A DNA stretch of 64,000 nucleotides from Chthoniobacterales bacterium (GCA_046593335.1 JBKJNW010000042.1:439-64438), one strand, 5' to 3'; counted from the stretch's first letter, positions 19,090-28,053 are shown. Program-made: numbers and translations. The notes: generated by a model not told the origin, from the sequence alone.

Positions 19090-20886
19090 CTAACGACGAT
19101 TACTGAGCAGAACCATGGTGCCGCAGGTGGTCAGTTCATGCGCCGGCGCGCCGCTGTGGGCGAGGAGAGCACGCCAATGCGGGAGCCGGTTTTGCTCGAC
19201 CAGAAGGTAAAGCCGGTCGGCTCCAGGCCAGGCCTGGGCGACGGTTTTTTCTTCGAGGAAAATCTCCGGGACCGGCCCGAGCGCGGCCCCCGGCTCGGAG
19301 GCTGGATCCTGATTTACCAGATAAAATTTCCGGCCCAAATAAAAGAGCAGGCTGCTCCCGACGTGCATCTGGCCTTCGTAAATCACCTTGTCGTTAGGGG
19401 CGACTTCCTCATTAATGAAGGCGGCGGCGTCGGCGAGCGAGAAATAGGGCGCCATCCGGGCCACGCCATCCATCATGCTGAAACCGATCGGTACCATGGC
19501 GGCGGCGAGCGCGGTCAGGGCGAGACGGGGGAGGCCGCGCCAGATGAACCAGAGCGCGATCCCGGAAAACAGGGCCAGGGCGAGACCGACGGCGACGAAC
19601 ATGGAGCGAAAACCGAGCCAGGTAGAGATGGGGATATCCATCATCGTGCGCCAGGCGGTGGAGCGGGCCGCGGTCGTGCCCCATTGGCCGTCGGCGTTCT
19701 GCAGGAGCTCGGGTAAACGCCAGGCAATGAATCCGGCGGCGAGCCCGACCGTGAGGACGCCGCCGACCCCGACGAGACGTGTCCAGCGCGGCATGCGTTC
19801 CCAGGCGGTGGCGGCGAAAATGGCAAACCCGCTCCACATGCTCATGGAGTAATAGTCCTGCCGTTGGCCGAGAAAGAAGAGCGGGAGGAAGACAACCGCC
19901 ATCCAGCAGAGCGGGAGGGCGTCGGCAAATTCGATCTCGTGCGGGCGAAAGACGCGGCGCCAGGCCAGGAGTACGCCGGGCAGGATCGCGAACGACCAGG
20001 GAAACCACCAGGCGAGATGCAGCCCGAGAAAAACTCCCCGCGGCACGCTGTCATAGGTGTGTCCCGGATCGGCTTCACCGGCGAGATGGACGAGCCATTC
20101 GCGCGCCGTGAATTGCCCGATGAAACCGGGATGCTTCCATTCCATCCAGATGTGCCAGGGCGCGGCGATGAGGAGAAAAACGAGGATGCCGTCCCAGCAC
20201 AGGAGTTCGCGAAAACGGAGCCGCGCTTCGCGGTAAAAGCAGGAGAGCAGGAACAGAATCGCGGCCGGGTAGAGAAGCCCGTGAAGGCTCTTCGTCATGC
20301 AGGCGACCGCGGCGCAAATCCAGAAACCAATGAACCACCCGCGCCGTCCCGGCCTTCGTTCGTAGCCGCGAATCGCGCAATAAATCGCGCCGGCGATCAG
20401 AGCGCTGAAAAGCGGCTCGGGCATGAGGATGCGGTTGAAAATAAATGTCCCGCAGGCGCCGAGATGGATGAGCCCGGCGAGAAAACCGCGCCAGGGGCCG
20501 CCCAACCGGTCGCCGATGAGAAAGGTCATCGCGATCGCCGCCACAGTGGCGAGCGCGAGGGGAAGACGGGCCGCCGCCGTCGTTAGGCCGACGGCCTTGA
20601 GGGAAATCGCGATCGCCCAGTAAAGCAGCGGCGGTTTTTGCGGCCGCGGGATGCCGTCGTTCGTGGGGGTGAGCCAATCATGTGTCTCGAGCATTTCCCG
20701 CGCGGCCCCGGCGTATTGGCCATCGGTTTCGTTGTAGAGATCGCCCCAGCCGATTGTCGCCACGTGCAGGAGGGCGGTGAGGAGAAGGAGAAAAATGAAA
20801 AGTCCGCGCCGAACTGGCGGCGGCTCCAGCGCGGGCGGAGTCAGGAAAACTTCGTCAAGGCTGAGGGCGGGATTGCCGGAAGACAT
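19090..20886 (-). CDS. GT-C glycosyltransferase, family 39 (ArnT/PMT-like)
   Basis: 598-aa polytopic protein. N-terminal loop [32 protein letters not shown] is typical of ArnT/PMT_2. Confidence 0.75.
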   Translation of the reverse strand: MSSGNPALSLDEVFLTPPALEPPPVRRGLFIFLLLLTALLHVATIGWGDLYNETDGQYAGAAREMLETHDWLTPTNDGIPRPQKPPLLYWAIAISLKAVGLTTAAARLPLALATVAAIAMTFLIGDRLGGPWRGFLAGLIHLGACGTFIFNRILMPEPLFSALIAGAIYCAIRGYERRPGRRGWFIGFWICAAVACMTKSLHGLLYPAAILFLLSCFYREARLRFRELLCWDGILVFLLIAAPWHIWMEWKHPGFIGQFTAREWLVHLAGEADPGHTYDSVPRGVFLGLHLAWWFPWSFAILPGVLLAWRRVFRPHEIEFADALPLCWMAVVFLPLFFLGQRQDYYSMSMWSGFAIFAATAWERMPRWTRLVGVGGVLTVGLAAGFIAWRLPELLQNADGQWGTTAARSTAWRTMMDIPISTWLGFRSMFVAVGLALALFSGIALWFIWRGLPRLALTALAAAMVPIGFSMMDGVARMAPYFSLADAAAFINEEVAPNDKVIYEGQMHVGSSLLFYLGRKFYLVNQDPASEPGAALGPVPEIFLEEKTVAQAWPGADRLYLLVEQNRLPHWRALLAHSGAPAHELTTCGTMVLLSNRR

Positions 20887-20931
20887 TATTCGTTAGGCTA
20901 CTCGGTTCGGCGGAGTTGTCTGTCGCTGAAT

Positions 20932-21381
20932 TCAGCGCCGGGCCGGGGCCGCCTCGGGCCCGCGGTAGCGCTCCCAGCTTTCAGGCAGGCGGAGCAGCTT
21001 CGCCTCTGGCATTTGCACCAGCGCCAGCATCTGACGCGACTCCGCGATGAGGGTCTCATCCTCGAGGCGCCGGATTTCAAACCCGCACCAGAAGCGGACC
21101 CGTTCCAGCCGGTCGAGCCAGCCGTCGATCCGCAAGCGGTCGCCGAGTTTGGCCGCGCGCCGATAATCGATCTCGGTCCGGACGACGACGGGATAGCGTT
21201 GGGTCGCGGCCATTTCCGCCAGCTTCATGCCCAGTTTTTCGGCGAGGAGGGTGCGGGCGATCTCAATAAATCGCAGGTAGGCGATATTGTGCACCACGCC
21301 GCCGCAGTCGGTATCGAAGAACATGACCTGCACCTCGGCCTGGATGCGGGGTGGTGGTGCGGTTGGTGGAGAGTTATCCAA
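20932..21381 (-). CDS. acyl-CoA thioesterase (4HBT / YbgC-like hotdog fold)
   Basis: VMFFDTDCGGVVHNIAYLRFIEIAR.. is the hotdog thioesterase signature. Start is uncertain (TTG 21381 or ATG 21324). The longer track ORF runs through a repeat element. Confidence 0.75.
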   Translation of the reverse strand: MDNSPPTAPPPRIQAEVQVMFFDTDCGGVVHNIAYLRFIEIARTLLAEKLGMKLAEMAATQRYPVVVRTEIDYRRAAKLGDRLRIDGWLDRLERVRFWCGFEIRRLEDETLIAESRQMLALVQMPEAKLLRLPESWERYRGPEAAPARR

Positions 21382-21393
21382 GAGCCTTTTTCT

Positions 21394-21535
21394 AAATCCG
21401 AAATCCGAAGCACGAAATCCGAAACAATTCCGAAGGACGAAATTCGCAGGCGAGGAAAACCGGGGCGCGCAATCTTTCCCAAATTTCCGGTTCTTCTCTG
21501 TTTGCTTCGGATTTCGACATTCGGATTTCGGATTT
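21394..21535. repeat. imperfect ~31-bp inverted repeat built from AAATCCGAA units, ~75-bp spacer
   Basis: Left arm AAATCCGAAATCCGAAGCACGAAATCCGAA (from 21394). Right arm CTTCGGATTTCGACATTCGGATTTCGGATTT (to 21535). The arms match apart from a 4-nt central patch. Confidence 0.75.
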
Positions 21536-21547
21536 TCCGCTTCTGCC

Positions 21548-22363
21548 TCAGAGCCGCACCAAGTCGAGCAAGAACTGGCACCAGAGATAAACCATCCCGC
21601 GCCACGAATATTTGATCTCGCCGCCGGGCGTCTGGGTGAGGACGCCGGCTTTGATGTTGTGGGCGATCTGGTCGCGCAAATCGTTTTCAATTTCCTGCTG
21701 GACCTGGTCCTCATCGAGCGAATCGATGAGTTGGGTCTCGACCGCATTGTCGCGCAGGAAAGCCTTGTGGCTGTGGTAGAGCTGCCAGAAGGATTGGTCC
21801 GGTCGCTGCCGGTTGATCCGGAATTGCGGGGTCAATTTCAACCCGTAGGAGAGCGGATAATTCCAGGTCGTCCAGACGGTGCCGTCCTGTGCCCGCGAGG
21901 AAATGCGCAGGTAATAAAAAGAAAGATCGTTCTGCTCGTTCAGGCAAATGGTGGCCTGGGCGCGGTCTTCTTCCTTGTAAAAAAGCCGGAAGAATTGCCG
22001 ATAATCCTCCCAGTCCCAGCCCGCGTCGCTGAGATGAGAAAAGCCTTCGCTCTCGATCTGGCCGGTGATTTCATCGAGGGTCGGGAAGACATCTTCGGAA
22101 GGCGGACTTTTGGGGCGGAGGGTTTTCTCGGCCGGGAGGCGAAGAGCGCGGATGCGGGTGAGGATTTCCAGCCAGGGCAAAAAGAGCCAGCTGAGCGCGC
22201 TCAGGAGTCCGAGAATCCAGCTCCCGGTGATGTAGTAGATGGCGAGAAAGGAAGCGGTGAGAATGCCAAAGGCGCCGATCTTCTGCGAGATCGAGGACTG
22301 GTAGCTGCGCATGGCGACGCTGAGCACAGCGACGCCAAGGGTAATGAAAAGCCCAAATAGCAT
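21548..22363 (-). CDS. hypothetical membrane protein (3 N-terminal TM helices + soluble C-terminal domain)
   Basis: 271-aa ORF. Its start ATG directly abuts the glutaredoxin-like stop (TAAATG). No family recognised. Confidence 0.6.
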   Translation of the reverse strand: MLFGLFITLGVAVLSVAMRSYQSSISQKIGAFGILTASFLAIYYITGSWILGLLSALSWLFLPWLEILTRIRALRLPAEKTLRPKSPPSEDVFPTLDEITGQIESEGFSHLSDAGWDWEDYRQFFRLFYKEEDRAQATICLNEQNDLSFYYLRISSRAQDGTVWTTWNYPLSYGLKLTPQFRINRQRPDQSFWQLYHSHKAFLRDNAVETQLIDSLDEDQVQQEIENDLRDQIAHNIKAGVLTQTPGGEIKYSWRGMVYLWCQFLLDLVRL

Positions 22364-22615
22364 TTAGGGGACGATAGCGTGCTCGCGCAGGAATTTCTCC
22401 AACTGGTCGGTATCGAAATTCGCAAGCACTTCATCCCCTGCGACGAGAGTGGGAACGTAGGTCTGGTCGCTGAGCTCTTTCATTTCTGCGTAGGCGGCGC
22501 GGTCTTCGCCGACATCGATCTCAGTGAACTTGTAGCCGCGCTCGGTGAGATATTCCTTCGCATCGATGCACCAGGAGCACCATTCGCGGCTGAAGAGTCG
22601 GATGTCGGTTGGCAC
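22364..22615 (-). CDS. glutaredoxin-like protein (NrdH/Grx fold)
   Basis: 83 aa with the CSWC redox motif and ..TYVPTLV.. typical of Grx/NrdH. Confidence 0.8.
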   Translation of the reverse strand: MPTDIRLFSREWCSWCIDAKEYLTERGYKFTEIDVGEDRAAYAEMKELSDQTYVPTLVAGDEVLANFDTDQLEKFLREHAIVP

Positions 22616-22666
22616 GGGGGGGAATAAACAAATTCCGCGAATGGCGTCAACGTCTCCTTCTCTTTC

Positions 22667-22822
22667 TCGTGCTCGTGCTCCTGCTCGCTTCTCCCGATAT
22701 ACCTCGCGATGAATTTGGAATCACGGATATCGCCTGGCGATGTGATCGCGGCAGAAGACCGATCACGAGCAGGAGCACGAGCACGAGCACGATGAAGAGC
22801 AGGAGCAGGAGCAGGAGCAGGA
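22667..22822. repeat. 21-bp perfect inverted repeat of (CTCGTG/CTCCTG) units with 78-bp spacer, followed by a (GAGCAG)n tract
   Basis: TCGTGCTCGTGCTCCTGCTCG (22667-22687) is the exact reverse complement of CGAGCAGGAGCACGAGCACGA (22766-22786). GAGCAGGAGCAGGAGCAGGAGCAGGA follows to about 22822. Confidence 0.8.
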
Positions 22823-22830
22823 TGACACGA

Positions 22831-23757
22831 TCAGTAGACGATCTCCCAAGTCCCGTCCGGTTTGCGCACTGCCATCAGCTTTCCCGGATAAATCATCGAG
22901 AGCGCAAGGCCGGCGCACATTTGCATTTCTTCGTCTTTGATCGGCGCGAAGGTTTTTTCATCCAGGCCGAAGAGCGGGCCAGTCTTTTTCCTTACCACCA
23001 CCTCCGGGCCGCCCGTGGTGGTGAAATCTAAATCGGCCGCAGCTGGCGGCGTCACCCGAACTCCGGCCTTGTAAACCGCTTCCAGGCATTGCGCCTTGCG
23101 CACATCGTCCACCTTCAGCGATTCGTTTTCCTCCAACGCTTTGTAGAGGCCAGCGAAGTCCGGCTGGAACCATTCCGTCCGGATCTTGAGCAGGGCCGCG
23201 ATCTTTTGTTTGTCCTCTTCGGTCAGCGTCGTGACCGGAGGATAGTGATGCCAGGGGAGGTCGAGCGCGAAATCGGCCGTAAACTCGCGCTCGAAAAGCA
23301 CCTTCCCTTTCAGATCTTTTCGGTCATCCACTCCCTCGTTGGCCTGGTTGGTCGAGCGGCCGCCTCCGGGTTCGACTTCATCGGTCGCAGTATCCATGAC
23401 CGAGGCCCAGCGCAACTGGGCGCGATAAGTTTTCGCGGCTTCGTTAGGCGTAAACTCGATCCGAATCTTATTCGTCCCCTTGCGCACCACCGGGCCGACC
23501 GAACTCATCGGAATCCAGACCGCCGGCGCGATTTCATGCCCCTCGAAGAGGACGGGCGCTTCGTCCTCCTGCACTTCCTGTTCGGCGAAGGGAATATTGT
23601 TGATGAAAATTGACGCCTTCCCAGGCACGGTCTTGACCTTCTCGTCTTTCGCGGGATTGCCGACGAAAGGGGTGAACTTGAATTCGACGTTGATTACCGC
23701 CGCCCGAGCCAGTGACACGAGCAACAAAAAAGAAAGTATCTCGGCAATCTTTCGCAC
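22831..23757 (-). CDS. hypothetical secreted protein
   Basis: 308-aa ORF with the signal peptide MRKIAEILSFLLLVSLARA. No family recognised. Confidence 0.6.
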   Translation of the reverse strand: MRKIAEILSFLLLVSLARAAVINVEFKFTPFVGNPAKDEKVKTVPGKASIFINNIPFAEQEVQEDEAPVLFEGHEIAPAVWIPMSSVGPVVRKGTNKIRIEFTPNEAAKTYRAQLRWASVMDTATDEVEPGGGRSTNQANEGVDDRKDLKGKVLFEREFTADFALDLPWHHYPPVTTLTEEDKQKIAALLKIRTEWFQPDFAGLYKALEENESLKVDDVRKAQCLEAVYKAGVRVTPPAAADLDFTTTGGPEVVVRKKTGPLFGLDEKTFAPIKDEEMQMCAGLALSMIYPGKLMAVRKPDGTWEIVY

Positions 23758-23814
23758 CCGCTCTTTTTGCCCGGAACCGGGCGCGAAAGCGAGCGGAAAA
23801 AAGGGCGCGTTGCC

Positions 23815-23973
23815 CTAACGAACCGGGCTGCGGGACTGCTCTTGGCGGAGGGATTCTTCCCGCAGTTCCTTCTCCAGCTCGGCCGCGGCCAGTTCGTGCG
23901 ACATCATCACCCCTTTAGCGACGACAAAGGTCACGAGCAAGCCGAGCAGGAAAATGGCGATGACGTATTCCAT
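23815..23973 (-). CDS. small single-TM protein (52 aa)
   Basis: MEYVIAIFLLGLLVTFVVAKGV.. followed by a charged tail. ATG is preceded by GGGGGAAATAGTC. Starts 2 nt after the stop of the upstream small gene. Confidence 0.5.
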   Translation of the reverse strand: MEYVIAIFLLGLLVTFVVAKGVMMSHELAAAELEKELREESLRQEQSRSPVR

Positions 23974-23975
23974 GA

Positions 23976-24170
23976 CTATTTCCCCCGCCGGACTTTGACT
24001 CCTGTGCCGAGGATCACGACCCGGATTCCAACCCAAAGACTGAGAATGCTCGGAACCCAAAGACCAACGAAGAGGCCGTAATCCTTGCTCACGAGAAACC
24101 AGAGGGAGACGCTGGCCAGGAAGCTGATGAAAGCTCCGATTAAAAATGGATAATCGATTTTGTGAAACAT
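23976..24170 (-). CDS. small two-TM membrane protein (64 aa)
   Basis: MFHKIDYPFLIGAFISFLASVSLWFLVSKDYGLFVGLWVPSILSLWVGIRVVILG... An internal ATG was chosen inside the 140-aa track ORF. Confidence 0.45.
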   Translation of the reverse strand: MFHKIDYPFLIGAFISFLASVSLWFLVSKDYGLFVGLWVPSILSLWVGIRVVILGTGVKVRRGK

Positions 24171-24401
24171 AAGTAGCTTGGCCTCTAGAGTAGTTAACGA
24201 ATGGGGAGGGCCGGACGGATGCAAAAACATTCGCACAACTTGCTCGGCCCGAAGGACGAAGGGGTGAAAGGCAGGGATCTCCGGCGAACCGAAAAGGACC
24301 CGTCTTGGACCCGGGCGAAGAGTTTTATTGCCGGCCGGATAAAATTCGCATCCATTCTTTAGGGCAGGGCGTATCGCCATTAGTCGCAAACCACTCATTT
24401 C

Positions 24402-24971
24402 ATGATTAACGAACTTCTTCAGGATCTAGCCGCGCTCTACGTCTCGGGCGCAATGACCGCGCGGGAGCGGGAAGATTTCGAGCTGCTTTTGGAATTCCAC
24501 GAAGAAGTCCGGCAGCTCGTGGGCGAATCGCAGGACGTCGCGACTGCTCTGCTCCTTTCGCGGCTCGCCTCGGAGGCGGCGGCGCCGCCCGTGCCTCTGA
24601 AATCGAGAATTTTGCGGGCCATTGAAGGTCAGGCCCAGCAGGTCTCGGCCGAACCCTTCGTTATGACCGGTCCCGATCGGCTTGTGCAATGGGTCAACCC
24701 GGCGTTTGTCGAGATGTGCGGCTATTCGCTGGAGGAACTAAAAGGCAAAAGCCTCGGTCCGATTCTGCAGGGTGAACGGACCGACCCGGCTGCGGTGGCG
24801 CGGATGCGGCGTGCGATGCACGAGTATCAGCCGTGCCGGGAACAGGTCATCAATTACCGGAAAAACGGTTCGCCCTACCTGGTCGACATCTCGATCACGC
24901 CGATCCTGGACGACGTCGGCGCGCCGCTTTGGTTCGTTGCGCGCGAGAACGAACTTCCGCTCGCCGCCTGA
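24402..24971 (+). CDS. cytoplasmic PAS (LOV-like) protein with an anti-sigma-factor-like N-terminal helix domain
   Basis: The N-terminus LQDLAALYVSGAMTAREREDFELLLEFHEEVRQLV resembles anti-sigma (RskA/ChrR-type) N-domains. The C-terminus is a PAS domain with LOV-like blocks GKSLGPILQGERTD and INYRKNGSPYLVDISITPI. No TM segment. Confidence 0.65.
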   Translation: MINELLQDLAALYVSGAMTAREREDFELLLEFHEEVRQLVGESQDVATALLLSRLASEAAAPPVPLKSRILRAIEGQAQQVSAEPFVMTGPDRLVQWVNPAFVEMCGYSLEELKGKSLGPILQGERTDPAAVARMRRAMHEYQPCREQVINYRKNGSPYLVDISITPILDDVGAPLWFVARENELPLAA

Positions 24972-24976
24972 ACCAG

Positions 24977-25549
24977 CTAAAGACGCGGCCCGATCAGGCC
25001 GCGTAATTTCATCATACCGCGCCGAATTCGCGCCTTCACCGTGCCGAGCGGGAGATCGAGTCGCTCCGCGATCTCCGCCTGGGTCAGGGAACCGAAAAAG
25101 GCCAGCTCGAGCGCTTCCCGCTGCTCGCCGGAAAGTTTCTGCATCGCTTCGCGCACAAACCCGTGCCGCTCGCCCGAGGTCGCGGCGGCGAAAGAGTCGT
25201 GATCGTCGAATTTTTCCCGCACTTCGGTTTCCAGTTTCACCTCCTCGTGCAACTGGCCGCGGCGTTGGGTGGAGCGGATAATGTCGATTGCCCGATGCCG
25301 GGTCAGAGTCACAGCCCAGGTCATCGGTTTGCCGCGGGTTGGATCGTAAAGCGGCGCCTTTTTCCAGATCTGCACGAAAACTTCCTGCAAGACATCCTCC
25401 GCGGCCTGTTCGTTCCGGAGCAGTCGGTAGGCAATGGAAAAAAGAACGCGGGAAAAGCGATCGTAGAATTGCTCGAAACTCACCCGATCGCCCTGGCCGA
25501 TGCGGCGGAGAAGCTCGATCTCTTCCTGTTGAGTGCCCGAAAATTCCAT
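24977..25549 (-). CDS. ECF-type RNA polymerase sigma-70 factor
   Basis: Region 2 (AEDVLQEVFVQIWKK) and region 4 (LTQAEIAERLDLPLGTVKARIRRG). Confidence 0.9.
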   Translation of the reverse strand: MEFSGTQQEEIELLRRIGQGDRVSFEQFYDRFSRVLFSIAYRLLRNEQAAEDVLQEVFVQIWKKAPLYDPTRGKPMTWAVTLTRHRAIDIIRSTQRRGQLHEEVKLETEVREKFDDHDSFAAATSGERHGFVREAMQKLSGEQREALELAFFGSLTQAEIAERLDLPLGTVKARIRRGMMKLRGLIGPRL

Positions 25550-25637
25550 AGACGATCAAGGCCAGCTTGGCAGGCCTCCTAGGCGTTGCAAGCCCCCTGC
25601 TTCCGATCGCAAGGGGCGGAACAGCGGCCATCGCCGG

Positions 25638-26015
25638 CTAGCCGATCGCGGTCTTGTAAGCCGCCGCGTCTTTCAGATTCTCGAGCGCGGCGGGATCCTC
25701 CGGTTTCAGAAGATAGATCCAGCCTTCGCCGTAGGGATCGGTGTTGATCAGAGCCGGGTTGGATTCGAGCGCGTGATTCACTTCCGTGACCGTGCCTTTG
25801 GCCGGCGCGTAAATGTCGCTCGCCGCCTTGACCGATTCGACCACGGCAATGGTCCCGCTCGCTTCGTAGGCCGCGCCCTTCTTCGGCAGCTCGACGTAAA
25901 CCACATCGGTCAGTTCGGCTTGCGCGTGATCGGTAATGCCGACGCGGATCAGGTCGCCCTCGCGGCGGACCCATTCGTGCGATTCGGTATAGAGAAGGTC
26001 TTCTGGAACGTTCAT
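25638..26015 (-). CDS. gcvH: glycine cleavage system protein H
   Basis: 125 aa: YTESHEWVR..GITDHAQAELTDVVYVELP..VESVKAASDIYAP (lipoyl-lysine motif). Confidence 0.95.
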   Translation of the reverse strand: MNVPEDLLYTESHEWVRREGDLIRVGITDHAQAELTDVVYVELPKKGAAYEASGTIAVVESVKAASDIYAPAKGTVTEVNHALESNPALINTDPYGEGWIYLLKPEDPAALENLKDAAAYKTAIG

Positions 26016-27112
26016 GATTTTTTGTAGAGCGGTTTCTTTTCGATCAGCGCAGCAAATTTTTGGCCGCGGATTTCGACTTCGATTTCCTCGCCCGGCTTTG
26101 GTGCCGGCGTTTTCAGGTAAGCCATCCCGATCCCATAGTTCAAGCTCGGCGAAAGCGTGCCGCTGGTTAGTTCGCCGGCCTCGGCACCGTCGCGGAAAAC
26201 CCGGTAATGCGGCCGAGGCGGCGGGCTTTTGCCTTTCATCTTGAAAGCGACGAGCCGGCGGGAGAGCCCGGCTTCTTTTTCCCGCAGCAATATTTCGCGC
26301 CCGGTAAACTTCGGTTTCGAGAGGTCGACGAAAAACCCGAGGCCGGCTTCGAGCGGATTGTGCTCGGGCGAAAGGTCGGAGCCGTTCAGCGGGTAACACA
26401 TTTCGAGCCGCAAAGTATCGCGCGCTCCCAGCCCGCAGGGGCGGATGCCTAACGATTTGCCTTTTTCGAGGATTTCGTTCCAGACCCGCGGCGCCTCTGC
26501 CGCCGGGAAGAAAACTTCGATCCCGTCCTCGCCGGTATACCCGGTGCGCGCGACCCAAAGCTTCGTCGGACCGAGATCGAACTGCGCAATCTGATTCCGC
26601 GCCGGTAATTCCTTTTCCTCGCCGAAAAGGGCGGTGAAAAGCTCGCCGATCTTCGGTCCCTGCACCGCTAGTCCGGCGTAGCGATCGCTCTGGTTTTCCA
26701 ACTCCACCTCGCCCGCGAGATGCGACTGCAGCCAGCCAAAATCGTCTTCGATTCGCGACGCATTCACGACGAGGAGGAATTTCTCTTCCTCGATCCGGTA
26801 AAGAATGAGGTCGTCGATGATCCCGGCCTCGTCGTTGAGCAGAAAAGTGTAGTGCCCGGTGCCGACTTCGAGTTTGCCGACATTATTCGTGAGCATAGTG
26901 TCGAGCCATGCTCCGGCTCCTGCTCCGCTCGCGACCAGCTCGCCCATGTGGGAAATATCGAACACTCCCACTGCGTTCCGCACCGCAAGGTGCTCTTCCA
27001 TGATGCTGTTGTATTGCACCGGCATGAGCCAGCCGCCGAAGGGGATGATTTTCGCGCGCAGCTTCACGTGCTCGTCGTAAAGCGGGGTTGTTTTTGTTGC
27101 GGCGTCGCTCAC
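26012..27112 (-). CDS. gcvT: glycine cleavage system aminomethyltransferase T
   Basis: TPLYDEHVKLRAKIIPFGGWLMPVQY..VGVFDISHMGE... Stop overlaps the gcvH start (ATGA). Confidence 0.95.
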   Translation of the reverse strand: MSDAATKTTPLYDEHVKLRAKIIPFGGWLMPVQYNSIMEEHLAVRNAVGVFDISHMGELVASGAGAGAWLDTMLTNNVGKLEVGTGHYTFLLNDEAGIIDDLILYRIEEEKFLLVVNASRIEDDFGWLQSHLAGEVELENQSDRYAGLAVQGPKIGELFTALFGEEKELPARNQIAQFDLGPTKLWVARTGYTGEDGIEVFFPAAEAPRVWNEILEKGKSLGIRPCGLGARDTLRLEMCYPLNGSDLSPEHNPLEAGLGFFVDLSKPKFTGREILLREKEAGLSRRLVAFKMKGKSPPPRPHYRVFRDGAEAGELTSGTLSPSLNYGIGMAYLKTPAPKPGEEIEVEIRGQKFAALIEKKPLYKKS

Positions 27113-27199
27113 CGCCGCAGCCTAGATGTTGCCTCAAACGTGTCAAACCTCTCACCCCAGCGGCCGCCTTGGTTGAACTCCCGCAGCCGCTCCTCTAGG

Positions 27200-27994
27200 A
27201 TGAACGCGACGATGAGTTTTCTCGATTTACTCGAACGCCGCTTCGGCCGCTTCGCCATTCCAGGCCTGATCCGAATCGTGGCCGGCTTCAACGCGCTCGT
27301 TTTTCTCCTCACGCGGGTGAACCCCGAGTTCGTGCAAATGCTCGATCTCAATCGCGGCGCGATCCTGCACGGTCAGGTCTGGCGGCTAGTCACCTACATT
27401 TTCATCCCGACGACCAATAGTCCGATTTGGATCATCTTCGTTCTCCTCTTTCTCTGGTTTATCGGTGAGGGCTTGGAGCGGGCTTGGGGCGCGTTTCGAC
27501 TCAATCTCTTTTACTTCCTCGGGATGATCGGGACGACGATCGCGGCCTTTTTCTTCGGTGGGAATTTCGCCAACACGATGCTGAACGCCTCGCTCTTTTT
27601 CGCCTTCGCCAATTTTTATCCCGACGAAGTCATCTACATTTTTTTCATTCTCCCGGCGAAGGTGAAATGGATCGCGTGGGCCTCGGCCGCGCTCCTCCTT
27701 TTTGGCTTTGTCACCAGCCCGATGTCGTACCGCATGGCCTTGGTTGCGGCCTTTGCCAATTACTTCATTTTCTTTGGACCGGAGCTTGTCCGGGCCGCCC
27801 GTAACCGGCACGAGACCTCAAATCGGCGCCGGCGTTTTGAAGAAACCGCGCGGCCCGAAGAGGAAGCCTTGCATCACTGCGCCACCTGCAGCGCGACCGA
27901 ACTGACCGATCCAAGCCTCGAATTTCGCGTCGCGCGCGACGGTGAGGAATACTGCCTCGCGCATCTGCCGAGCGCGACGAAAGTGGAAGCCTGA
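27200..27994 (+). CDS. rhomboid-like polytopic membrane protein with a Cys-containing C-terminal tail
   Basis: GQVWRLVTYIFIP resembles the rhomboid TM2 motif (WRLxT..F), but I see no GxSG/His catalytic pair. The C-terminal HHCATCSATE..EEYCLAH looks like a small zinc-ribbon-like cluster. Confidence 0.5.
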   Translation: MNATMSFLDLLERRFGRFAIPGLIRIVAGFNALVFLLTRVNPEFVQMLDLNRGAILHGQVWRLVTYIFIPTTNSPIWIIFVLLFLWFIGEGLERAWGAFRLNLFYFLGMIGTTIAAFFFGGNFANTMLNASLFFAFANFYPDEVIYIFFILPAKVKWIAWASAALLLFGFVTSPMSYRMALVAAFANYFIFFGPELVRAARNRHETSNRRRRFEETARPEEEALHHCATCSATELTDPSLEFRVARDGEEYCLAHLPSATKVEA

Positions 27995-28053
27995 AAGCTC
28001 CCTCCTCCGCCGGTCCGCTTGACCCTCTTGTCGTGCACGGGGAAACTTCCGCG

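Noticed and set aside
26016-26558. N-terminal extension of the gcvH ORF (track ORF 25638-26558). Similar upstream extensions occur in track ORFs 26720-27994, 29069-29845, 29788-31356, 38619-39728, 47125-48213 and 50497-51858.
   Set aside because: The extensions overlap neighbouring genuine genes or are low-complexity. Internal starts give canonical N-termini for each family.
27113-27199. Glycine riboswitch upstream of gcvT.
   Set aside because: Only about 87 nt separate gcvT from the divergent gene, and I could not find the conserved glycine-aptamer core sequences. An Infernal scan would settle it.
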